In this document: in pieces, positions 1 through 7,332 of the stretch
Layout of the letters: each line of letters opens with the position of its first letter
How positions within the stretch are numbered: position 1 is the first letter of the stretch
Assembly (NCBI GenBank): GCA_964464605.1
Contig: CAYXJN010000001.1
Location: 67,068-131,067 of the forward strand
DNA length: 64,000 bases
Origin: an uncultured Ignavibacteriales bacterium
Lineage (GTDB): Bacteria; Zixibacteria; MSB-5A5; GN15; FEB-12
Direction: 5' to 3'
Translations under genes and position numbers: made by a program
Notes under the pieces: generated by a model
Told to the model about the DNA's origin: nothing
Databases searched by the model: none
The model's input: only the letters and a program-made list of their open reading frames with translations

Positions 1-2
1 AC

Positions 3-1418
3 GGAGCGGAAGCGGCAATTAATAAATCAACTTCCGGATGGCTTCCGGTTATTCCACAGAGCACCAGTATCGGACGCGGACATTACGTTCACACGCTCAG
101 TTCGTTCGGCCCCATCCGTACATTGCGTCCCGGGGGAACAACCCGGTTGACGATGGTGATATCAATAGGTGAATTTATTCATACCGACCCAACGGCATAT
201 CGCCGCTTGTTTACGCCGCAAAACCCGCGACCGTACCAGAATTACTTAAAGAGCAACATCGGTGATTTAATAAAAAATATTCGCACCGCGCGTTCGATTT
301 ATGATAACCCCGGCATCGATACTGACGGCGACGGTGATTCCGGCCGTTTCATCTGGACCTTCAACCAAGGCACTGGTGAATTCAACAAAATATACTATGA
401 AGGGGACGGCTACCCTGATTTCCGCGGAACCGGTCCACCTCTTGCACCTCAACTGCGACTCTTGACCGAAAACGGTAAAATTATTGTGCGCTGGAACGGA
501 CGTTTTACCGAAACGGCGATTGATAATTTTACAAAACTACAGGACTTCGAAGGATACCGGGTGTGGCTTGGCCGTTCACTGCATGATCAGGAATGGTCGA
601 TGGTTGCATCATACGACATCGAAAATTATAACCGATACAAGTGGAGCACACGGTTATCAAAATATGAATTAGTGGAACCGCCATTTACGCTGGATTCGCT
701 CAAACTGCTCTATGGTGACGACTTTAATCCGAGTGATCATCGCGGTCCGGGTCAAGCGTTGGTAGTAGGAGCCGACTCCTATTATTTTCTGCCGGTCGAC
801 TACAACCAAACCAGCTTAACTTCACCGAATGGAATTAGAAAAGTGTACCCGAACGCGATCAAAGACACATCCGATGTCGATGAAGAAGGACGGATGCGCT
901 ACTATGAATATGAATTCGTGATTGACAGCATATTACCTACCGTGTCATACGCTGTGGCAGTAACAGCGTTTGATCATGGCAACCCGGCAGCCGGGATTGA
1001 TCCGCTTGAAAACAGCCAGATGGAAAACGCGGAAGAAACATTCGCACGAGTATCCGGTGATTCAGCTGTATTGAAAGATGGAAAACTGAATGTATACGTT
1101 TTTCCCAATCCGTATCGTGTCGATGCTGACTATGCGGGACATGGGTTTGAAAACCGACTGACCGATTTATCATCCGACCGCGCCCGTTCGATCTGGTTTG
1201 CGAATTTACCGAACAAATGCAAAATTTCGATATTCTCGATTGACGGTGACCTTATTAAGGAAATCTATCACGACCAGCCGGAGGGAAGCGGGACCGCATC
1301 GGTTGAACGTTTCGATATGATAACGCGCAATCATAATGCGCTGACAACCGGATTGTTTTATTGGGTTATTGAATCTGAATACGGTACGCAAATCGGAAAG
1401 CTGATGGTAATCAAATAA
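3..1418 (+). CDS. C-terminal part of a large secreted protein with a T9SS-type/FlgD-like tail (5' truncated by the window)
   Basis: The frame is open from position 3 (GAEAAINKS...SFGPIRTLRPGG), upstream of the listed start at 123. It contains FEGYRVW and a tail VYVFPNPYRV...IWFANLP...ISIFSIDGDLIK...GLFYWVIES...IGKLMVIK. Confidence 0.7.
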   Translation, partial: GAEAAINKSTSGWLPVIPQSTSIGRGHYVHTLSSFGPIRTLRPGGTTRLTMVISIGEFIHTDPTAYRRLFTPQNPRPYQNYLKSNIGDLIKNIRTARSIYDNPGIDTDGDGDSGRFIWTFNQGTGEFNKIYYEGDGYPDFRGTGPPLAPQLRLLTENGKIIVRWNGRFTETAIDNFTKLQDFEGYRVWLGRSLHDQEWSMVASYDIENYNRYKWSTRLSKYELVEPPFTLDSLKLLYGDDFNPSDHRGPGQALVVGADSYYFLPVDYNQTSLTSPNGIRKVYPNAIKDTSDVDEEGRMRYYEYEFVIDSILPTVSYAVAVTAFDHGNPAAGIDPLENSQMENAEETFARVSGDSAVLKDGKLNVYVFPNPYRVDADYAGHGFENRLTDLSSDRARSIWFANLPNKCKISIFSIDGDLIKEIYHDQPEGSGTASVERFDMITRNHNALTTGLFYWVIESEYGTQIGKLMVIK

Positions 1419-1420
1419 CA

Positions 1421-1454
1421 AAAAGAGCGATTGTTATCAGCAATCGCTCTTTTA
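1421..1454. terminator. Bidirectional intrinsic terminator between convergent genes
   Basis: AAAAGAGCGATTG-7 nt-CAATCGCTCTTTT perfect 13-bp inverted repeat. Confidence 0.85.
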
Positions 1455-1471
1455 CTTCTTCTTGAAACGAG

Positions 1472-3295
1472 CTATTTTTCGTTCGCTAACTTCACAAATT
1501 CATCAATCGGAGCCAACGCCTGACTGACTGCGCTTGTCCAAAACGCATCCTGAGTCAAATCAATCCCCAAGTGTTTTTGTGCAACCTCTTCGGTTGTCAT
1601 GCTTCCGGTATCATTCAGCAGCGCACGGTATTTGTCGGCGAAGGCAGAACCTTCTTTGCTTGCGCGGTCATACACACCAACGGCAAAGAGATAACCGAAT
1701 GTGTATGGATAGTTGTAAAATGGCACATCAGACAAATAGAAATGCAGTTTTGAACACCAGAACAGTGGATGATAGCCGGATTCATCCAGCATTCCTGCAA
1801 ACGCTTTTTTCTGCGCATCTATCATGATCTGGCATAACCGTTCACGCGGGACGAGTCCTTTTTGGCGCTCTTCGTAGAACTGACGATCAAACAGATAGCG
1901 GCACTGAATATCGCACAGGAGCGTCAGCGCACCTTGCAGCTGCTGATCGAGCAGCATTAGTTTTTCATCCCGAGCTGTCGTTTTTTCAAGCGCGGCGTAG
2001 AGTACCAATGTTTCTGCAAAAATCGATGCCGTTTCGGCAAGATTCATCGGGTATTGCGTGGCAAACCGCTGACGGTCGTTCAGCACATAGCTGTGATAGG
2101 CATGGCCAAGCTCATGGGCAAGTGTCAGCAGATTTTCAAAAGTGTTCGCGTAGGTCATGAAGATACGGGATTCTTTTACCGGACCTAAACCGGTGCAATA
2201 TCCGCCTCCCCGCTTACCGGGACGATCTTCCGCCTCCACCCAGCGCCGGTTCAGCGCATGCTCGAAGAAATCCGCCATATGCGCAGAAAACGGCCGGGTA
2301 TGTTTGACGATAAACGACGCAGCGTCATCGTACGAGATTTTCGATTCGCTCGATCCAACCGGTGCGAATACATCGTACCAACTGAATTTATCGATTCCGG
2401 CTAATTTCTTTTTTGCATTTATGTATGCCTGCAAACGAGGTGCTTCCCGCTGAATCACCCGCCACATAGCATCAAGCGTTTCCTGTTTCATACGGGTCAT
2501 CATGAGCGGTTCATCAAGTGGGGACTTCCATCCTCGTTTATGGTGAAGCGTCAAACGGAATCCACCGATGGAATTGAGTGTCATCGCCGCGAGTTCAGCC
2601 CGTGTTTCCCATGCACCGGTAAGCTTTTCGAAAGCCTGCTTACGCACGGCGCGGTCGGCATCTGAAAGTTTTGTCGCTAATTGCCCAAGAGAAATTGATC
2701 TGCTTGTTCCGTTTTCCTGAAAATCAACACGTAAATCACCAGCCATTTTATCGTACAGGCGATTCCAGGCATGGAAGCCATCGACCGCCAAATCAAGCGC
2801 CAGCCCTTCCTGTTCAAGCGGCAGTTTCCGTTTAGCGATCTGGCGCAGTTCCTGCAAATAAAACGCAACGTCGTTGATAGCCGGATGCTGCGTCAACTGT
2901 TTCCAGGCGGCATCACTTTGTTTTAGCGAACGGGCTTCAAGTTCGGTAACCAGCTTTTGTAAACGGGCATTGAGCGCATCCCCTTCCCCCATAATGACAT
3001 TTCCTTCAGAATCGTCGACATTCTGTGAAGTCAGACAATTGGCGAATGAAATAATAAGTTCGATATCATCATGAAGCTCCTGAAGCAGCACGACAAAATC
3101 GACCCAGGGTTTACTGGTTGAATCGGTAATTTCCGCTGATAAACCGGAAACACTTTGTTCCGCTTTGTCGAGTTTGGTCTTTGTTTTTTCGCGAAACGCT
3201 TTGAATTCGGGTGATGCGCTTCCGCCGGCGAAAACGGAGTCCAAGTCCCATCTTGGCGCCGGGGGGATAACGTTCGATGCAGTTGCGGTAGTCAT
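1472..3295 (-). CDS. pepF: Oligoendopeptidase F, M3 family
   Basis: HELGHAYH zinc motif, AETASIF, GKRGGGYC, PFYNYPYTFGYL. ATG 3295 has a GGAG SD. Confidence 0.9.
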   Translation of the reverse strand: MTTATASNVIPPAPRWDLDSVFAGGSASPEFKAFREKTKTKLDKAEQSVSGLSAEITDSTSKPWVDFVVLLQELHDDIELIISFANCLTSQNVDDSEGNVIMGEGDALNARLQKLVTELEARSLKQSDAAWKQLTQHPAINDVAFYLQELRQIAKRKLPLEQEGLALDLAVDGFHAWNRLYDKMAGDLRVDFQENGTSRSISLGQLATKLSDADRAVRKQAFEKLTGAWETRAELAAMTLNSIGGFRLTLHHKRGWKSPLDEPLMMTRMKQETLDAMWRVIQREAPRLQAYINAKKKLAGIDKFSWYDVFAPVGSSESKISYDDAASFIVKHTRPFSAHMADFFEHALNRRWVEAEDRPGKRGGGYCTGLGPVKESRIFMTYANTFENLLTLAHELGHAYHSYVLNDRQRFATQYPMNLAETASIFAETLVLYAALEKTTARDEKLMLLDQQLQGALTLLCDIQCRYLFDRQFYEERQKGLVPRERLCQIMIDAQKKAFAGMLDESGYHPLFWCSKLHFYLSDVPFYNYPYTFGYLFAVGVYDRASKEGSAFADKYRALLNDTGSMTTEEVAQKHLGIDLTQDAFWTSAVSQALAPIDEFVKLANEK

Positions 3296-3383
3296 GATTT
3301 TCTCCACAAAAACTAATGTTTAGTGAGTAGATGATAAGAAACAACGGCCAGTCTATCAAGTCACGCTTGAGAAAACTTTCCCG

Positions 3384-3413
3384 TTGAGACACCGGCCATC
3401 CATCCATTATACT
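3384..3413 (+). promoter_or_regulatory. Sigma70-type promoter, probably leaderless
   Basis: TTGAGA-18-TATACT, 6 nt before ATG 3420, no SD. Confidence 0.6.
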
Positions 3414-3419
3414 CTGCTT

Positions 3420-3983
3420 ATGGCACACGGACCATACGCCACTCCATCAATCGGAAACCGGAAAACCCGGATTTTGATGCTTGTTTTCGGAATTATTATC
3501 CTGATTGCAGTTAGTATCGTCACCTACAACCGGATCTCCATGGAGAAACGGCTCGCGGTCGAGCCCCGCACCACCCCCCCGGTTCAAGCTGAACTGCCGT
3601 CATTTAGTAAACAGGGTGAGATAACGTTTATTGCAGCCAACAACAATGTCATTTCACGAATCGATATTGAGATTGCCGATACGGATTCATCCCGCGCCCG
3701 CGGATTGATGTACCGGACACAATTGGCCGAATCGCAGGGAATGCTATTTATTTTTCCGGATGAACAGCCCCGCAGTTTTTGGATGCACAATACCCCGCTT
3801 CCTTTGGACATGATTTTTGTTAATGCAAACGGCCAGATAGTAACAATTCTAAAGAATACTGCGCCGTTCGATGATTCAAAATACGACTCGCCAGCACCGG
3901 CAAAGTATGTCATTGAAGTCAATGCCGGATATACCGAAAAGTACCATATCACTGTCGGTGACAGGATTCGCTGGACGCCTTAG
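3420..3983 (+). CDS. DUF192 family membrane-anchored protein
   Basis: EIADTDSSRARGLMYR, GMLFIF, FWMHNTPLPLDMIF, YVIEVNAG; N-terminal TM helix. Confidence 0.85.
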   Translation: MAHGPYATPSIGNRKTRILMLVFGIIILIAVSIVTYNRISMEKRLAVEPRTTPPVQAELPSFSKQGEITFIAANNNVISRIDIEIADTDSSRARGLMYRTQLAESQGMLFIFPDEQPRSFWMHNTPLPLDMIFVNANGQIVTILKNTAPFDDSKYDSPAPAKYVIEVNAGYTEKYHITVGDRIRWTP

Positions 3984-3992
3984 ATTTCGAAA

Positions 3993-5711
3993 TTATTTTT
4001 TTGAGGCGAGTTCTTTTAAAGCGGCTTGAAAACGAGGATGCCTGGTCGTCAGCAAGACAAAATCCCGTTCTTTGATTGATCCCTTAGCTTTGATAACTGC
4101 CGCTACCTGCTGTCGTTCTTCCGCTGACCACTTTTCCAAATCCGTAATTGACGCCACTAACGGAGCAAGTCGGTTTACTGCTTCCTTTTCGTCCGCCGTC
4201 CAATTGGTCATTGCTGGGAGCGGGAGAGTTTCTTTCAAGCGATCAATCGCTTTTTGTGTTCCTATTTGGCGATCGCTGTCGGCTTGTTCGTTCATCCAGC
4301 GAGTGACCTGATAACTCAGATTCACAATCGAGAGTTCTTTGTATGAAGCCATATGCGACGGGTCCGCGGTCAAGAACATATCGCTCTTCGCCAGTTTTTT
4401 CAGTGTTGAAAGCGGGGTACGATACTTCTTTTTCGTTTGAATCTTTTTGCTTTCGATTTCAGCAAGCTTACGAACAGATGGCTCGACCGAGCGAAAACCG
4501 AGTTTGTAGTAGAACCAATACGATCCGGACTGCAAAGCTTCGTCATTATCATCCCCTACCTGATATGCCCGCACCAAAAATTCACGTGAATTGAAATGAT
4601 GGTAGAATACCCGGAAATATTCTTCTATTGCAAAGGATGACTCACCATTTCTGTATGCCGGAAAGATATTTATCGCTATTTCTACCCGTTCAAGCAATAC
4701 CGCTGCTACCCCGTAGCCAATCGGCACGCCGTTACGTACCAGCATCGCACCGAAATTCGCTTCTAAGGGAAGGCGAATATTGAAATGTGTACCGTATATA
4801 TAAAATTGCAGACCGCGACCGGCATTGACTACGTACACCTCTTTCGGTGTAGCGCCTGCTAAAGGGAACAATTCTCGATTTCGTACTGCCAACAATTCCT
4901 GAATATCACGAACACGTTTTATACCTTCGGATTCAGGCAATAATGTCATGGTCGTAGCAGGGTGGTGAAATTCATTCCGTAAATCTTTCGTACGGCCTTT
5001 GATCGGCTCCGTTTGAAAAAATAATTCTTCATTCGGAATTCTTCGCAGTGTGCGTGATGCGGCGCATTGATTCAGCGACCACTTGAGGTATAAATCCATT
5101 CCTTCGTACAACGACCGCTTCACCAGATCCGAATGAGGTGAAGATTGAAACATCTGCAAGAGGGTATGCAATGGAGATTTGCCTCCTGCCTTTTCAAACC
5201 AACCCTGTCCGGATATATTTGGGTCATTATCAAGACTATCCGATTCATTCCAGGCGGTTATCTGCGAAAGCACTCCTAAAAGCGGATCATCTTCTTCATT
5301 GTAATAATTCCAGTCAATTTCGACGGTATTTGGATACCAACGATGTAATGCCTGCGCGACTTCATAGCCGAATGTATGTGAAAGCGTGGTATCAACAATG
5401 CCGGAGTCGATCAGTTTTTCGGCTGATTTATCTTTGCTCTTTTTCGTGTACGTTTTTACCCGTTCGCTGAAACGCTGTAATTCCTGCTCGGTGAAATCCA
5501 GCATTTGCTGATTATCCGGATAGGCTCGGAGGAAAAGCAACAGGTCATGGTATAGCAAAAATTCTTTGGGATGGAGAATTTCCCGATCAGAAAGGGCAGC
5601 GAGGATAGATGCCCGTGCCTGAATTTGATCCGGTGTGAAAGTCGTTTTGAGGACATCAAGCGCCTGTAACAGGGTCTGTGTGGCGGCAGTTTTTCCGGCT
5701 TTTCGCTTCAT
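3993..5711 (-). CDS. Hypothetical protein (572 aa) with a possible C-terminal GNAT-like fold
   Basis: Long ORF with its own promoter. INIFPAYRNGE and NDEALQSGSYWFYYKLGF resemble GNAT motifs A and B. Confidence 0.65.
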   Translation of the reverse strand: MKRKAGKTAATQTLLQALDVLKTTFTPDQIQARASILAALSDREILHPKEFLLYHDLLLFLRAYPDNQQMLDFTEQELQRFSERVKTYTKKSKDKSAEKLIDSGIVDTTLSHTFGYEVAQALHRWYPNTVEIDWNYYNEEDDPLLGVLSQITAWNESDSLDNDPNISGQGWFEKAGGKSPLHTLLQMFQSSPHSDLVKRSLYEGMDLYLKWSLNQCAASRTLRRIPNEELFFQTEPIKGRTKDLRNEFHHPATTMTLLPESEGIKRVRDIQELLAVRNRELFPLAGATPKEVYVVNAGRGLQFYIYGTHFNIRLPLEANFGAMLVRNGVPIGYGVAAVLLERVEIAINIFPAYRNGESSFAIEEYFRVFYHHFNSREFLVRAYQVGDDNDEALQSGSYWFYYKLGFRSVEPSVRKLAEIESKKIQTKKKYRTPLSTLKKLAKSDMFLTADPSHMASYKELSIVNLSYQVTRWMNEQADSDRQIGTQKAIDRLKETLPLPAMTNWTADEKEAVNRLAPLVASITDLEKWSAEERQQVAAVIKAKGSIKERDFVLLTTRHPRFQAALKELASKK

Positions 5712-5719
5712 GGAAAGCG

Positions 5720-5748
5720 AATGTACGGAAAAAATAGCTGGGAAACAA
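5720..5748 (-). promoter_or_regulatory. Sigma70-type promoter, probably leaderless
   Basis: TTGTTT-17-TACATT, 8 nt before ATG 5711, no SD. Confidence 0.55.
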
Positions 5749-5758
5749 TCGGTTGACT

Positions 5759-5794
5759 AAAAAAGTAGGGGAACACGAAGTGCCCCCTACTTTT
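5759..5794 (-). terminator. Intrinsic terminator after the small Cys-rich peptide gene
   Basis: AAAAGTAGGGG...CCCCTACTTTT stem with a U tract on the minus strand. Confidence 0.8.
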
Positions 5795-5805
5795 ACAAAA
5801 AAGAA

Positions 5806-6069
5806 CTAGTTACACTGATAATGGTCGAAATAAATCTCGTCTGCGCAGCAGGCGCCGTTGGGTATTCTTTCGGTAAACCATTTACGACACCATTCACCCT
5901 CGCAAGGAGAACCTGCCGGGCAACCGCCATTTATATCGGGATCAAAGACTATGAAGCATGCTTGCGGTGCACAAAGATCAGCCTGCCCCTGAGGAGCAAA
6001 ACAGAGCCCGATAGCAAATGCCAAAGCAAAAAGGGCAGTGTATTTAGCAAACGTTGTTCTGATTTTCAT
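5806..6069 (-). CDS. Small secreted cysteine-rich peptide (87 aa; about 57-aa mature part with 8 Cys)
   Basis: AAGGAG SD; Sec-type signal peptide MKIRTT...ALFALAFAIGLCFAPQGQA; followed by a terminator. Confidence 0.8.
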   Translation of the reverse strand: MKIRTTFAKYTALFALAFAIGLCFAPQGQADLCAPQACFIVFDPDINGGCPAGSPCEGEWCRKWFTERIPNGACCADEIYFDHYQCN

Positions 6070-6179
6070 AGAAACTCCTTTTTCTTAGTTCTTCTTTACG
6101 AAAAGTATTCTCTCGTTGGGCTACTTATGACGTCCTGCATGTTGTCGTATCCACCTCCTTTTCTGTGCGAGTACATCCC

Positions 6180-6782
6180 TCACAAACGGTCGTTAAAAAA
6201 GTCGGCGTCGATATTTTTATCGAAACCGTTGAGAACGAGTGCTATACTTCGATCAGACGTAATTCCCACAAATGTCGGTGTCGCTGTAATACCGTCATTG
6301 GACATTTGTTTTGCGCGAACGGTAGTAACTACCCGGGCCGACGGTAGGGCAGTTGAATCGAAGCCTTTGCTTTCTTCTTCCATGGCGTCATAAACCCAGA
6401 TGAGCTGAATATCTTTATCCAAATGATTTACGATTCGTCTTTCCCAATACGTATTCATCATTTCGCATGCGCTGCAATGCGAACTGACAAACACTAAAAG
6501 CGCTGAGCCTTTTTTACCAAGATCAGACACTTTTATTGTCTCACCACTGGCGTAATCTTTCAGTTCATAGTCTGGAAACTGCTGTCCGATTTCTAAATAG
6601 GTCGTGTTTTTCATTACCTGCTCGGAAGGCAGCCCGTAACCCTCATTCGATAAAGCGAAGCCGGCGTAGATACCGCCGCCCACTCCTGCACAGATAATGA
6701 CTGCGGCAATAACCCATTTAATAATGAAACGGGAATTGATAGTATCCTGCCCTGACTGGGCGGACTCCTTCGTGACGTCCAT
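6180..6782 (-). CDS. Membrane-anchored redoxin/TlpA-like thioredoxin-fold protein
   Basis: N-terminal TM, IGQQFPDYEL, LLVFVSSHCSACEMM (CxxC), GITATPTFV; GGAGG SD. Confidence 0.75.
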   Translation of the reverse strand: MDVTKESAQSGQDTINSRFIIKWVIAAVIICAGVGGGIYAGFALSNEGYGLPSEQVMKNTTYLEIGQQFPDYELKDYASGETIKVSDLGKKGSALLVFVSSHCSACEMMNTYWERRIVNHLDKDIQLIWVYDAMEEESKGFDSTALPSARVVTTVRAKQMSNDGITATPTFVGITSDRSIALVLNGFDKNIDADFFNDRL

Positions 6783-6940
6783 AGACCTGCCTCCGACGTA
6801 AGAATGTTCTACGACCTTGTAATTCTGCCTTTTATATTCTTTTAGAAAACTCTGCCTTTGCGTAACGATGATTGACTAAACTGACAGTTTTTCTCAAGCA
6901 AATAATGTGATACGAAAAACCCAAAGCTTTACAATACGAT

Positions 6941-7240
6941 ATGACGAATAAAGATAACCCGCCGAACGACAACCCCTTAGAGCTTCCGATTGACGGAACA
7001 TTAGATTTGCATTTGTTCTCCCCCAAGGAAACAAAGGCCGTCGTTGAGGAATACATTCACGCTTGCATGGAAAAGAAAATTTATGCCCTTCGTATTGTGC
7101 ACGGAAAAGGAATCGGTGTGCAGCGGGAAATTGTACATGCGGTACTGCGTAATTCACCGCATGTTAAATCGTTTCACCATGAAGATGGGAGCGGCGGCGG
7201 ATGGGGTGCGACGGTTGTTAATTTACATGCCTCAAACTAG
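6941..7240 (+). CDS. Stand-alone Smr domain protein
   Basis: IDGTLDLHLF, RIVHGKGIGV, GGWGATVV. TACAAT (6930-6935) lies 5 nt before the ATG. Confidence 0.9.
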   Translation: MTNKDNPPNDNPLELPIDGTLDLHLFSPKETKAVVEEYIHACMEKKIYALRIVHGKGIGVQREIVHAVLRNSPHVKSFHHEDGSGGGWGATVVNLHASN

Positions 7241-7256
7241 CAGTCAAACCGATAGA

Positions 7257-7292
7257 AACAAAAAAGCCCTGTTTGCACAGGGCTTTTTTGTT
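7257..7292. terminator. Bidirectional intrinsic terminator
   Basis: AACAAAAAAGCCCTGT-TTGC-ACAGGGCTTTTTTGTT. Confidence 0.9.
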
Positions 7293-7332
7293 TGTTGCGG
7301 GCTTTCTGCGCTTTTGCGCAGCTCGTGAAAGG

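Noticed and set aside
5821-6393. 190-aa plus-strand ORF over the peptide and redoxin genes
   Set aside because: Antisense to two genes with SDs and recognisable features, and has no recognisable motifs.
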